From: Vicinamibacteria bacterium
GTDB lineage: Bacteria; Acidobacteriota; Vicinamibacteria; Vicinamibacterales; CAVVIG01
Direction: 5' to 3'
DNA: 37,711 nucleotides
Assembly (NCBI GenBank): GCA_041485305.1
Contig: JBGPJH010000002.1
Coordinates: forward strand, 1-37,711
A program made the position numbers and the translations under genes. Shown piece by piece: positions 8,301-17,195 of the stretch (positions are counted from its first letter, which is position 1; every line of letters starts with the position of its first letter). A model generated the notes under the pieces. That model worked only from the letters and a program-made list of their open reading frames with translations. It was not told the DNA's origin and searched no databases.

Positions 8301-10144
8301 CTTTCGAAGACCATTTCTTCGTCGAGCTCGCCAACGCGGGCGGCGCCCGGACCGGCCCCGGCGAGGAACACGCCGTACAGCCCGCGATCGGGAATCGTCC
8401 CGCCGTTGGCGATCGCCACGCGCTTGGCCCCTTCCCGCGCGACCGCTGTTCCCCCCACCCGGTCCCACGTGATGCGGGGCCTGAGCTCGGCAAACTCGTC
8501 CGAGGGATAGCGACCCGACAGCATGTCGAGCACGCCCTCGAACGAGCGGCGGCTCAGCTCGGCAAATGGGGCGGCGCGCCGAATCGTCGCGAAGAGGTCC
8601 TCGACGTTCCACCGATCGACCGCCGTCATCGCGACGAGCTGCTGCGCCAGGATGTCCAGAGGATTCCGCGGGTAGCGCGTCGCCTCGACCGTGCCTTCGT
8701 GCATAGCTTTGGCTATCGCGGCGCACGCCACCAGGTCGCCCCTGTACTTCGGGAAGATCACCCCCTCGCTGACGGCGTCGATGCGGTGACCGCCTCGCCC
8801 GATCCGCTGGAGGCCGCTCGCCACCGATGGCGGTGCCTCGATTTGTACGACGAGGTCGATGGCGCCCATGTCAATCCCGAGCTCGAGCGAGGAGGTGGCG
8901 ACCAGCCCGCGGAGGGCGCCCGCCCTCAAGAGATCTTCGATCTCGATCCGCTGCGCGCGCGCGATCGAGCCGTGGTGCGATCGCACCAGGGTTTCGCCCG
9001 CCAGTTCGTTCAAGGCGCCCGCGAGACGTTCGGCCAGGCGCCGGCTGTTGACGAACACGAGTGTCGAGCGATGCGCTCGAACGAGCTCGAGCAACGTGGA
9101 GTGAATCGCGGACCAGAGTGACGGCGGGGCGTCGCCGTGCGACGAAGATCCGCCGGGGAGGCCTTCGAGCGCCAGCCCTCCGCGCGAGGGTGCCTCCTCG
9201 AGAGCCGCCTGAAGCGGGGCGAACGACGTGCCGCGTGCACTGGAGGAGGTCGTCGGCCGCGCCATGTCTTCGATTGGCACCTCGACGCTGAGCTTGAGCG
9301 ACTTTCTCGAGCCCGCATCGACGATCGTGACCCTCCGGTAGCGCACGATGCCCTGGTGTGAGGCGAACTCTTCGTCGATGTCGCGCCTCGTCCCGTCGGT
9401 GTCTGGAGGAGTGCGGACTGTGGCCGGGCGTCGGCGCCCGGCGGTTCTTGATCTTGGACGCGACACCTTCGGTTCGACCCCGCCGAGAAAGCGCGCGACT
9501 TCCTCGAGCGGTCGCTGGGTGGCTGACAGGCCGATTCGCTGGGGTTCGCGTTCGCAGCGCGCCATCAACCGTTCGAGCGACACAGCCAGATGCGCGCCGC
9601 GCTTGGTGGGTACGAGCGCGTGGATCTCGTCGATGATGATCGTGTCGATGCCGCACAGGGCTTCACGGCTGTTCGACGTGAGGAGGAGAAAAAGCGATTC
9701 CGGCGTCGTAATCAGAATGTCCGCCGGGTCGCGCTGAAACCTCGCGCGTTCGGCGGAGGGCGTGTCGCCGGTGCGAATCGCAATCGTGGGCGCGTGGTGC
9801 GGCACGCGGCCGTGTTCTGCCACGCGAGCGATCCCGGCGAGCGGTGCGCGCAGGTTGCGCTCGACGTCGACGGCGAGCGCCTTGAGCGGCGACACGTACA
9901 ACACGCGGCACCGCCGGTTCCTCCCCGGCACCGGCGCAAACATGAGCCTGTCAAGACACCAGAGGAAGGCGGCCAGCGTCTTGCCGCTGCCGGTGGGTGC
10001 CAGGATCAGCGTCGATTCGCCGCGTGCGATTGGGGGCCAGCCGAGCGCCTGGGATCGGGTCGGCGCCTGAAACGTTTCGGTAAACCACGTGCGAAGGGCC
10101 GGATGAAACGGCGCAAGCGGATCGGCCCCAGATCGCGCGCTCAC
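5333..10144 (-). CDS. lhr: Lhr-family ATP-dependent DNA helicase (large helicase-related protein)
   Basis: 1603 aa, GTG start. The N-terminus FHPALRTWFTETFQAPTRSQALGWPPIARGESTLILAPTGSGKTLAAF is typical of Lhr. DEIH box (IIIDEIHAL) is present. Also has a long Lhr-type C-terminal extension. Confidence 0.9.
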   Translation of the reverse strand: MSARSGADPLAPFHPALRTWFTETFQAPTRSQALGWPPIARGESTLILAPTGSGKTLAAFLWCLDRLMFAPVPGRNRRCRVLYVSPLKALAVDVERNLRAPLAGIARVAEHGRVPHHAPTIAIRTGDTPSAERARFQRDPADILITTPESLFLLLTSNSREALCGIDTIIIDEIHALVPTKRGAHLAVSLERLMARCEREPQRIGLSATQRPLEEVARFLGGVEPKVSRPRSRTAGRRRPATVRTPPDTDGTRRDIDEEFASHQGIVRYRRVTIVDAGSRKSLKLSVEVPIEDMARPTTSSSARGTSFAPLQAALEEAPSRGGLALEGLPGGSSSHGDAPPSLWSAIHSTLLELVRAHRSTLVFVNSRRLAERLAGALNELAGETLVRSHHGSIARAQRIEIEDLLRAGALRGLVATSSLELGIDMGAIDLVVQIEAPPSVASGLQRIGRGGHRIDAVSEGVIFPKYRGDLVACAAIAKAMHEGTVEATRYPRNPLDILAQQLVAMTAVDRWNVEDLFATIRRAAPFAELSRRSFEGVLDMLSGRYPSDEFAELRPRITWDRVGGTAVAREGAKRVAIANGGTIPDRGLYGVFLAGAGPGAARVGELDEEMVFESRVGETFVLGASSWRIEDITHDRVVVSPAPGEPGKMPFWKGDRVGRPIELGLAIGRLMNDLVRLPPSAAIDQLTRLHDLDRRAAETLLQYLRDQIAATGTLPDARTIVIERVRDELGDWRVCVLSPRGGRIHAPWAMAAAAAIREVTGVDVEMLWGDDGFVVRFPDVDQPPDPELLVPDPDEVQALVVRQLGATALFAAKFRENAARSLLLPRRRPGMRAPLWQQRKRAADLLAVAARFGSFPVLLETYRECLRDYFDMPALVQTLSDIRSRKIHVVTVDSEKPSPFAASLLFSYVASFLYDGDAPLAERRAQALAVDQAQLRELVGDAELRGLLDAGALDHTERRLQRLDPSYHAKSADAIHDMLIAIGDLTEGEIRARSAMADVAERMRALTTTRRVLSLRFAGEPRYVAIEDAARYRDALGAPLPPDVPEVLLAPVRDPLGDLALRYARTHAPFTAADFAKRYGMAPSAAEAVLTRLRGENRLLEGEFRPGGTRREWTDAGVLRMLRRQSLAKLRHEVEPVDPAILGRFVTTWQGVVKRRRGVDALLDTVEQLQGAPLPASIVETEILPARVEAYESGDLDAVMAAGEVVWVGVEALGERDGRIALYLADHLPRLLPPEGALLRTRAGEPPATRPPDHDVRQTAIIDWLRTHGASFFAPLHEAAGGGYPAETVDALWHLVWRGVVTNDTFRALRAFTRPRATRRRGRRAEPVAFRSRRLVPPSAEGRWSLVRAETTPARRSGKDTTSWATAAAQQLLARHGVLTREGVLAESVAGGFGLVYPVLKALEERGRLRRGYFVAGLGATQFALPGAVDLLRSLRETPDEPEVAVMAAADPANPYGATLKWPCASGTNGARGPTRTVGALVMLVDGALVGYLARGDRQLLTWLPEAEPERSRAARAIARALIERARSGGESPLGMLIETIDGSPAPTHTLAPSLGEAGFIAGAMGMQATLRRPIVGPGASVVRAFRPTRPRRGSSEPSEQT
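5355..5404. repeat. Direct repeat copy B (inside the 3' end of lhr)
   Basis: GATGACCCGCGACGCGgGCGGGtgggCCTGAAGGCcCGCACtacACTCGC. Contains the hairpin gtgggcc-tgaa-ggcccgc. Read on the minus strand, it encodes part of the Lhr C-terminal tail ...RAFRPTRPRRGSSEPSEQT. Confidence 0.6.
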
Positions 10145-10204
10145 CGTGCCATCTTATAATGTGAGCTTGGCCAGTCGGGTTGAGATCTGGCGAAAGGACA
10201 TTAA

Positions 10205-10468
10205 ATGGGTGATGCAGGTGAAGGTCTGATTGACGCAGATGCAAGAATCCAGGAGCGGAGGGAAGATCTCGAGCGGGAGCGTGCGAGGCACGGGCGCGAC
10301 GTGCGCAACCCGGAACAGGCCCGGGCGCTCGAATCGCTTCGGCTCGCACGCGCCGAGCTTCAGCGACAGTTTACCGCGACCACCCACGACGGGCGGCGCG
10401 CGCAACTCCAGCAGGCCCTCGATGAAGTCGACCGGCGCATGGCCGCGGTGAGCGCTGAGCTCGGGTAG
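10205..10468 (+). CDS. Small hypothetical protein (87 aa, charged, predicted coiled coil)
   Basis: It is the only ORF in the lhr-nuoA gap with GC3-rich codon usage after the first ~13 codons. The antisense 131-aa ORF reads as noise. I recognise no family. Confidence 0.45.
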   Translation: MGDAGEGLIDADARIQERREDLERERARHGRDVRNPEQARALESLRLARAELQRQFTATTHDGRRAQLQQALDEVDRRMAAVSAELG

Positions 10469-10765
10469 CTCACCTGCCAAGACGGCGTCCCCCTGCCGCG
10501 GGCCGCCGGCGACGCCCCGTCGCCGCACCTGCCCAGCCAGGTGCCTCACCTCCCTCGGCGTGATGTCTCGGACTCCCGCCCGGGAGTCTGCTCGTCCACG
10601 CGGACGACATCCAGCGTGCCAGCGGCGGCTTTGCCGAAGCCGCGGTGCCGATCTGGGGCGCTGATTCGACCGCTGAGGGGGTGCTGTAGACGGGCGCCAG
10701 GCGATGCGTTAGCATCAGAGCGAGCTTGAGAAATAGTTCACAAGCTCGACTTTCGACCGACACCG

Positions 10766-11131
10766 ATGCAGGGCTGGCTGTCCATCGTCATCATGGTTGC
10801 GCTCGGCGCTGGGTTCGCGCTGACCTCGATTGGGCTGTCTCTTGTACTTGGTCCGCGCAACCCGACGCCCGAGAAGCTCGCTCCCTACGAATGCGGCATG
10901 CCGCCGGTCGGCGACGCCCGCGAGCGGCAGTCGGTGAAGTTCTATCTCGTCGCGATGATCTTCCTGCTCTTCGACATCGAGGTGGCCTTCCTCTATCCGT
11001 GGGCCATGGCCCTACGCGATCTCGGGTGGGCAGGGCTGCTCCAGGTGGTGCTGTTCATGCTGCTGCTCCTGGCTGGCTACGCGTACGTCTGGCGGAAGGG
11101 TGTGCTTGACTGGGGCAGGGAGAAGGCATGA
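10766..11131 (+). CDS. nuoA: NADH-quinone oxidoreductase subunit A
   Basis: 121 aa. ...KLAPYECGMPPVGDARERQSVKFYLVAMIFLLFDIEVAFLYPWA is the canonical NuoA core. Confidence 0.95.
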   Translation: MQGWLSIVIMVALGAGFALTSIGLSLVLGPRNPTPEKLAPYECGMPPVGDARERQSVKFYLVAMIFLLFDIEVAFLYPWAMALRDLGWAGLLQVVLFMLLLLAGYAYVWRKGVLDWGREKA

Positions 11132-11172
11132 GCGGGCAGACGCGTCTGACGGCGAGGGGGTGAAGACCGGGC

Positions 11173-11637
11173 ATGGGCTTCGATGCTGACATTCCTGTTC
11201 TGACGACGACGGTCGAGAAGATGGTGCAGTGGGCGCGCCGTTCGTCCATCTGGCCCGTCACCTTCGGCTTGGCCTGTTGCGCTATCGAAATGATGGCGAT
11301 GAGCTGCGGCCGCTACGACATCGCCCGTTTCGGCGCGGAAGTGTTCCGTGGCAGTCCGCGCCAGTCGGACTTGATGATCGTCGCCGGCCGTCTCTCGCGC
11401 AAGATGGCCCCGGCGCTCCGCCGCATCTACGATCAGATGCCGGAGCCGAAATGGGTCATCTCCATGGGCGCGTGTGCGTCGATCGGCGGCGTCTTCGACA
11501 ATTACGCAATCGTGCAGGGCGTCGACCAGGTCGTTCCGGTCGACGTGTATGTGCCTGGCTGCCCCCCGCGCCCCGAATCGCTCATCTACGGCATCGTGCA
11601 GCTCCAGCGAAAGATTTCCCAGCAGAAGCTCGCGTAA
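11173..11637 (+). CDS. nuoB: NADH-quinone oxidoreductase subunit B
   Basis: [23 protein letters not shown] ... [13 protein letters not shown] ... [11 protein letters not shown]. These carry the cluster N2 cysteines. Confidence 0.95.
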   Translation: MGFDADIPVLTTTVEKMVQWARRSSIWPVTFGLACCAIEMMAMSCGRYDIARFGAEVFRGSPRQSDLMIVAGRLSRKMAPALRRIYDQMPEPKWVISMGACASIGGVFDNYAIVQGVDQVVPVDVYVPGCPPRPESLIYGIVQLQRKISQQKLA

Positions 11638-12185
11638 TGGACTCCACGGCGTTTGTGAACTCGTTGCGGGAGGCTCTGCCGGATGTGCAGTTCGAACACG
11701 TGCCAAGCGTGGATCTGCACCCGACCGTTTGCATCGCCCCCGACGCCGTGCCCGCGGCGATGCCCGTGCTGCGCCAGCACGCCGATCTGCGTTTTGCCTT
11801 TCTGGCGGATCTGACTGCAGTCGATTTCTGGCCGCGCGAGCCGAGATTCGAAGTCGTCTACATGCTCGTGTCGATTGAGCATCGCCAGCGGCTCCGCGTA
11901 CGCGTGAGGCTGCACGGTGACGATCCCCATGTGGCCACCGTCAGCGGCGTATGGCCGGCCGCCAACTGGCTCGAGCGCGAGGTGTGGGACCTTTTCGGCA
12001 TCGCGTTCGACGCTCATCCCGATCCCCGCCGGCTGCTCATGCCCGAGGACTGGGAGGGGTATCCGCTGCGCAAGGACTATCCGGTGCAGATTCACATGAG
12101 GCCGCATATCGCCGAGCCGATGCAGGTGACCGCCGAGGAGTTCCGTTCGAGTGTCGCGAGGGACCGCCTGGTCCGGAAACAGTAG
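11637..12185 (+). CDS. nuoC: NADH-quinone oxidoreductase subunit C
   Basis: The ATG overlaps the nuoB TAA (TAATG). LADLTAVDFWPREPRFEVVYML..., ANWLEREVWDLFGIAFDAHPDPRRLLMPEDWEGYPLRKDYP. Confidence 0.9.
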   Translation: MDSTAFVNSLREALPDVQFEHVPSVDLHPTVCIAPDAVPAAMPVLRQHADLRFAFLADLTAVDFWPREPRFEVVYMLVSIEHRQRLRVRVRLHGDDPHVATVSGVWPAANWLEREVWDLFGIAFDAHPDPRRLLMPEDWEGYPLRKDYPVQIHMRPHIAEPMQVTAEEFRSSVARDRLVRKQ

Positions 12186-12201
12186 CGGGAGATCACATTC
12201 G

Positions 12202-13383
12202 TTGCCTGAACTGCGCACCGAGACAATGACCGTCAATATGGGGCCGCAGCACCCCAGTACCCACGGCGTGCTGCGACTGGTGCTCGAGCTCGACGGCGAG
12301 ACGATCCGTTCCGCGTCGCCCACGATCGGGTATCTCCACACCGGCATCGAGAAGACCGTCGAGCAGAAGAAGTGGCAGCAGGTGATTCCCCTCGTCGAGC
12401 GCATGGACTATTTGAGCGCGCAGTCCAACAGCATGGCGTTTTGCCTGTCGGTTGAAACGCTGCTCGGAGTGGAGCTGCCCGAGCGCGTCCGGTTCATCCG
12501 GGTGCTTTTGGCGGAGCTCCAGCGCATCAACAGCCATTTGGTCTGGCTGGGGACGCACGGCATGGAGGTCGGCGCCGTGTCGGTGATGCTCTACTGCTTC
12601 CGCGAGCGCGAGCTGCTGCTCAACCTGAACGAAATGCTCGCCGGGTTCCGTATGTTTCCGAGCTACATGCGCATCGGCGGTCTGCGCGAGGACCTGCCGC
12701 GGGGCTTTCACGGCGCGGTTCGCGCGTTCCTCGACCGCTTCGCGCCGAAGCTCGACGAGTACGAAGATCTGCTGACCCGGAACGAAATCTACGTCGAGCG
12801 CACGCGCGGCGTCGGGACGATCTCGGCCGAGGACGCGGTTGCCTATGGTTTGATGGGGCCCATTGCACGCGCGGCCGGCGTGGGCTACGACGTGCGGAAG
12901 GTGTTTCCGTATCTGGGCTACGACACGTTCGACTTCAGCGTGCCGACGCGAACCGATGGTGACGCCTACTCGCGGTACCTGGTCCGGATAGCTGAAATGC
13001 GCGAGAGCGCCCGGATCTGCCGTCAGGCGCTGGAGCGCATTAGCCCGACCGGTGCTTACGCGGTGGCCGACCCCCGGATCACGCCGCCGCCCAAGGACCG
13101 CGTCTATACCGAGATGGAGGCGCTGATCCAGCACTTCCTCATCTACTCGCAGGGGTTCACGGTTCCCTCTGGAGAAGCGTACGTGCCGGTCGAAGGTCCG
13201 CGAGGCGAGCAGGGTTTCACCGTCTTCTCGGATGGGACGAACCGGCCGTGGCGGGTCAAGGCCCGGGCGCCCTCGTTGCTCGCCTGCCAGGCGCTCGAAA
13301 AGCTGATTGTCGGGGGGTTGATCGCCGACGTCATCGCGGTCATCGGTTCGATCGATGTCGTGATGGGAGATGTGGACCGGTGA
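12202..13383 (+). CDS. nuoD: NADH-quinone oxidoreductase subunit D
   Basis: LRTETMTVNMGPQHPSTHGVLRL..., C-terminus ...IGSIDVVMGDVDR. I chose TTG at 12202, which lies 9 nt after GGGAGA. ATG at 12226 is the alternative start. Confidence 0.9.
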   Translation: MPELRTETMTVNMGPQHPSTHGVLRLVLELDGETIRSASPTIGYLHTGIEKTVEQKKWQQVIPLVERMDYLSAQSNSMAFCLSVETLLGVELPERVRFIRVLLAELQRINSHLVWLGTHGMEVGAVSVMLYCFRERELLLNLNEMLAGFRMFPSYMRIGGLREDLPRGFHGAVRAFLDRFAPKLDEYEDLLTRNEIYVERTRGVGTISAEDAVAYGLMGPIARAAGVGYDVRKVFPYLGYDTFDFSVPTRTDGDAYSRYLVRIAEMRESARICRQALERISPTGAYAVADPRITPPPKDRVYTEMEALIQHFLIYSQGFTVPSGEAYVPVEGPRGEQGFTVFSDGTNRPWRVKARAPSLLACQALEKLIVGGLIADVIAVIGSIDVVMGDVDR

Positions 13384-13982
13384 GTTTCCATCCGGAGATG
13401 GCGTACGACGCTACGTTTCAGCGGTCGTCGCGCAAGCTGACCGAGCCAGGGGAGCCATTCGCCTACACAGCAGAGAACCGCGCGCGGTTCGACGACATCG
13501 TCAAGCGCTATCCCCCCGATCGCCGCCGTTCGGCCGTGCTGCCGGCGCTCTATCTCGTGCAGGACCAGCAGGGATACATCACGACGTTCGCCATGCGGTA
13601 CGTCGCGGACCTGCTTGGCATCGCCCCGGCGGATGTCGAGGAGGTCGTCTTCTACTACACGATGTTCCACACCCGAAGAGTCGGGACGTTCGTGCTGCGC
13701 GTCTGCCGCACCCTGTCGTGCGCGTTGAACGGGGCGGAGCGGGTGACCGAGGAGATCTGCGGCGCCCTCGGCATCAAGCCGGGAGAGACGGATCCGAGCG
13801 GGACCTTCACGCTGGTCGAGGTGGAATGCCTGGGCGCCTGCGACCGCGCACCGGTCATCATGGTGAACGATGCCTGGCACGAGGCCGAGCGGCCGGGGGG
13901 TGTCGTCCGGCTGCTCGACGATCTGCGCGCCCGGGGAGAAGCCGCGCTCACCGGTTGCCACCACATGGTTGAGACCAGATGA
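13380..13982 (+). CDS. nuoE: NADH-quinone oxidoreductase subunit E
   Basis: GTG at 13380 overlaps the nuoD stop (GTGA) and lies 9 nt after GGGAGA. ATG at 13398 is the alternative. 2Fe-2S motif: RVCRTLSC...VECLGACDRAP. Confidence 0.9.
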   Translation: MSFHPEMAYDATFQRSSRKLTEPGEPFAYTAENRARFDDIVKRYPPDRRRSAVLPALYLVQDQQGYITTFAMRYVADLLGIAPADVEEVVFYYTMFHTRRVGTFVLRVCRTLSCALNGAERVTEEICGALGIKPGETDPSGTFTLVEVECLGACDRAPVIMVNDAWHEAERPGGVVRLLDDLRARGEAALTGCHHMVETR

Positions 13983-15274
13983 ACCCTCTGCTCACCGCGT
14001 ACGTTCGAGAGCCGAACGGCGCGACGCTCGATTTCTACCTGCAGCACAGCGGGTACGAGGGGCTGAGGATCGCGCTCGCCCAGACACCAGACCACGTGAT
14101 CGAGATGGTCAAGGCGTCGGGCCTGCGAGGCCGGGGCGGTGCAGGCTTCCCCACCGGCCTGAAATGGCAGTTCGTCGACAGGAAGTCCGACACGCCCCGT
14201 TACCTCACGTGCAACGCGGACGAGAGCGAACCGGGCACGTTCAAAGACCACCTCCTGATGGAGCGTAACCCCCACCTGTTGTTGGAGGGTTGCGCGATAA
14301 CCTGCTACGCCATCGGCGCGAAGGTGGCCTACGTCTACATCCGGGGGGAGTTCTATCACGTCCAGCACGTGCTCGAAGCGGCCATCCGAGAAGGGTACGC
14401 CCGCGGGTTTCTCGGCAAGAACATCCTGGGCTCGGAATTCGACTGCGACGTGTACGTCCATCGCGGCGCCGGTGCGTACGAGGCCGGCGAAGAGACCGCG
14501 CTCCTCGAGTCGCTCGAGGGGAAACGGGCGCAGCCGCGGAACAAGCCGCCGTTCCCGGCGGTCGTCGGTCTGTACGGGTGTCCGACGGCCGTCAACAACG
14601 TCGAAACGCTCGCCAACGTGCCGCTGATCCTCAGACACGGCGCCGACTGGTACGCCGCGCTGGGGCCCGAGAAGAACGGCGGACCGAAGCTGTACTGCAT
14701 CAGCGGGCACGTGAAGCGGCCCGGCGTGTACGAAGCGGCCATGACCGTCACGCTCCGCGAATTGATTGAAGATGCGGCCGGCGGGGTCCGCGACGGGCGG
14801 ACGTTGAAGGCGGTCATACCCGGCGGATCGTCCGTGCCGATGCTCCTTCCCGACCAGCTCGACACGCAGGCCAGCTTTGACGGCGTGCAGAAAGCGGGTT
14901 CCTTCCTCGGCTCGGCCGGGATCATCGTGCTCGACGACACGACCTGTATGGTCTGGCTGGCCGAGAATCTGCTGCGCTTCTACCGCCATGAGTCCTGCGG
15001 GAAATGCACGCCCTGCCGCGAGGGGACCGACTGGTTGCACAAGATCCTCGGCAAGATCGAGCGTGGCGACGGTCACATGCGCGACCTGGACCTGTTGTCG
15101 AGCATTGCCGGCAACATCAGCGGCAAAACGCTCTGCGCGTTCGGCGACGCCGCGGTGACGCCGATCCTGACGACGCTCAAGCATTTCCGACACGAATACG
15201 AAGCCCACATCCGGGAAGGGCGCTGCACCCTTCCGGCCGACTGGCGTGCACGCCACCCGGTGGGCGCACACTGA
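13979..15274 (+). CDS. nuoF: NADH-quinone oxidoreductase subunit F
   Basis: ATGA overlap with nuoE. GRGGAGFPTGLKW (FMN/NADH site) and ESCGKCTPCREG (cluster N3). Confidence 0.95.
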   Translation: MNPLLTAYVREPNGATLDFYLQHSGYEGLRIALAQTPDHVIEMVKASGLRGRGGAGFPTGLKWQFVDRKSDTPRYLTCNADESEPGTFKDHLLMERNPHLLLEGCAITCYAIGAKVAYVYIRGEFYHVQHVLEAAIREGYARGFLGKNILGSEFDCDVYVHRGAGAYEAGEETALLESLEGKRAQPRNKPPFPAVVGLYGCPTAVNNVETLANVPLILRHGADWYAALGPEKNGGPKLYCISGHVKRPGVYEAAMTVTLRELIEDAAGGVRDGRTLKAVIPGGSSVPMLLPDQLDTQASFDGVQKAGSFLGSAGIIVLDDTTCMVWLAENLLRFYRHESCGKCTPCREGTDWLHKILGKIERGDGHMRDLDLLSSIAGNISGKTLCAFGDAAVTPILTTLKHFRHEYEAHIREGRCTLPADWRARHPVGAH

Positions 15275-15283
15275 GGCCCTGAC

Positions 15284-16303
15284 GTGCTGCTGGTCGCACA
15301 AATCGGGTTGACGCTGTTCGTGTTTGTCATGCTGCTCAACTCCGCGGCAGCCATGGTGTATGGCGAGCGGAAGGTGGCGGCCCTGCTGCAGCAGCGGCTG
15401 GGGCCGTACCTCGTGGGGCCCAAAGGGCTGCTTCAGCCCCTCGCCGACGTTGTCAAGCTGATGTTCAAGGAAGAGCTCCGCCCCGCCGCCGCCGACCCCT
15501 GGTTGTTTGCGCTGGCGCCGGTCATCTCCGCGACGGCGGCGTTCGCGGCTTTTGCGGTCGTCCCGTTCGGAGCCGATACGACGCTGTTCGGACTGCTCGA
15601 CGAGCCGCTTCGTCTTCAGGTCGCCGATGTCAACGTCGCCGTGCTGGTGGTCTTCTCTATTGCGTCGATGAGCGTCTACGGCATCGTGCTGGCTGGTTGG
15701 AGCTCGAACAGCAAGTACTCCCTGCTCGGCGGCCTGCGAGCGTCGGCCCAGATGATCAGCTACGAGCTGTCGTACGGTCTGGCCCTCGCGAGCGTGATCC
15801 TCCTTGGGAACTCCCTGTCGCTGGCCGATATTGTGAACCGTCAGGCCGGCACCTGGTTCGGCTTCATTCCGCGCTGGTTCCTGTTCTTGCAGCCGGTCGG
15901 GTTCCTCATCTACCTGACAGCCGGCATCGCAGAAACCAACCGCGCGCCGTTCGATTTTCCCGAGGCAGAACAGGAGCTTGTTGCCGGGTATCACACCGAG
16001 TACAGCTCGATGAGCTTCGCGATGTTCTTCCTCGCGGAGTACATCAACATGGTGACCGTGTCGGCCGTGGCGACCGACTTGTTTCTCGGCGGCTGGCACG
16101 GCCCGTTCCTGCCGGCCTCGCTCGGCTGGATCTGGTTCTTGATCAAGGTTGCGGCGATTCTGTTCTTCTACGTGTGGATGCGCTGGACGCTGCCGCGCTA
16201 CCGGTACGACCAGCTGATGCGATTCGGATGGAAGGTGCTCCTGCCCGCCGCGGTCCTGAACCTGCTCGCGACAGCGGCCCTCGTGCTGTCTTTTGGATTG
16301 TGA
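15284..16303 (+). CDS. nuoH: NADH-quinone oxidoreductase subunit H
   Basis: GTG start 9 nt after the nuoF stop. YGERKVAALLQQRLGPYLVGPKGLLQPLADVVKLMFKEE ... ETNRAPFDFPEAEQELVAGYHTEYS. Confidence 0.95.
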   Translation: MLLVAQIGLTLFVFVMLLNSAAAMVYGERKVAALLQQRLGPYLVGPKGLLQPLADVVKLMFKEELRPAAADPWLFALAPVISATAAFAAFAVVPFGADTTLFGLLDEPLRLQVADVNVAVLVVFSIASMSVYGIVLAGWSSNSKYSLLGGLRASAQMISYELSYGLALASVILLGNSLSLADIVNRQAGTWFGFIPRWFLFLQPVGFLIYLTAGIAETNRAPFDFPEAEQELVAGYHTEYSSMSFAMFFLAEYINMVTVSAVATDLFLGGWHGPFLPASLGWIWFLIKVAAILFFYVWMRWTLPRYRYDQLMRFGWKVLLPAAVLNLLATAALVLSFGL

Positions 16304-16304
16304 G

Positions 16305-16874
16305 ATGACCCAGTTCTACCTCTTTGGCACCGTCGCCGTCGCTGCCTCGCTGCTGGTCATCGCTCAGCGGAACCCGATCTACAGCGTGCTGCTGCTGATT
16401 GTGTCCTTCGGTGCGTTGTCGGGCCTCTACGTGCTGCTCGACGCACCGTTTGTGGCCGTGGCACAAATCATCGTCTACGCGGGCGCGATCATGGTGCTGT
16501 TTCTTTTCGTCGTCATGCTGCTGAATGCGCCGCAGGAAGAGACCGAGCGTGATGCGAGGGCGCATCTCGGGCGAGGGTCCGACCCGATGCGGTTTGGCGC
16601 CCTGCTGGCACTGGCGCTGGTGGCCGAGTTGGCCTGGGCGTTGACCAGGGGTTGGGAGTCGGGGCGCTTTGGGCGCGGCGCCGTCAGCTCGGTTGCCGCG
16701 CTGGGGCGGTCGCTGTTCACCGACTATGCGTTCCAGTTCGAGGTCACCTCGGTTTTGATTCTGGTGGCGATGGTTGGAGCCGTCGTCCTCGCGCGACGCG
16801 AGGACCGTCCGCGCGAGCCGATGGAGTCCGGGGAGACCCAGCCCGAGGATAGGGTCGCCCCTGGTGAAGAGTAA
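16305..16874 (+). CDS. nuoJ: NADH-quinone oxidoreductase subunit J
   Basis: ATG at 16305, 1 nt after the nuoH stop (TTG at 16293 is the alternative). [51 protein letters not shown]. Confidence 0.9.
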   Translation: MTQFYLFGTVAVAASLLVIAQRNPIYSVLLLIVSFGALSGLYVLLDAPFVAVAQIIVYAGAIMVLFLFVVMLLNAPQEETERDARAHLGRGSDPMRFGALLALALVAELAWALTRGWESGRFGRGAVSSVAALGRSLFTDYAFQFEVTSVLILVAMVGAVVLARREDRPREPMESGETQPEDRVAPGEE

Positions 16875-17176
16875 TGCCGACGCTCAGTCACTATCTCATG
16901 CTGTCGGCGGTTCTCTTCGGCATCGGTACGGCCGGTGTCTTCTTGCGTCGGAATGTGATCATGATCCTGCTGTCGATAGAAATCATGCTGAACGCTGTCA
17001 ACTTGACGTTCGTTGCGTTCGGGCGCGCGCTCGGCAGCGGCGACGGACAGATCATTGTGTTCTTCGTGATGACGGTGGCAGCCGCCGAGGCCGCCGTGGG
17101 TCTGGCGATCGTCATCGCGCTGTACCGGCATCGGGAATCGCTGAACCCGGACACCTTCACGATGTTGAAATGGTGA
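16874..17176 (+). CDS. nuoK: NADH-quinone oxidoreductase subunit K
   Basis: TAATG overlap with nuoJ. 100 aa. [17 protein letters not shown] ... [12 protein letters not shown]. Confidence 0.95.
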   Translation: MPTLSHYLMLSAVLFGIGTAGVFLRRNVIMILLSIEIMLNAVNLTFVAFGRALGSGDGQIIVFFVMTVAAAEAAVGLAIVIALYRHRESLNPDTFTMLKW

Positions 17177-17195
17177 GGGGCGCAGCCAACCTTCT

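Noticed and set aside
10155-10160. Perfect TATAAT hexamer between lhr and the small ORF as a promoter.
   Set aside because: There is no acceptable -35 or extended -10 (TG) at the right spacing on the plus strand. On the minus strand it sits only ~8-13 nt from the lhr GTG. This is too ambiguous to call.
13655-16099. Very long ORFs antisense to or out of frame with known genes. Examples: 814 aa at 13655-16099 (-), 585 aa at 7364-9121 (+), 543 aa at 17630-19261 (+), 514 aa at 34435-35979 (-), 475 aa at 21017-22444 (+), 455 aa at 26005-27372 (+), 440 aa at 30590-31912 (-), 439 aa at 20574-21893 (-).
   Set aside because: Their translations are Arg/Pro/Gly/Ala-rich noise. They overlap genes with unmistakable conserved motifs on the other strand or frame. 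Long stop-free shadow frames are expected in GC-rich DNA.
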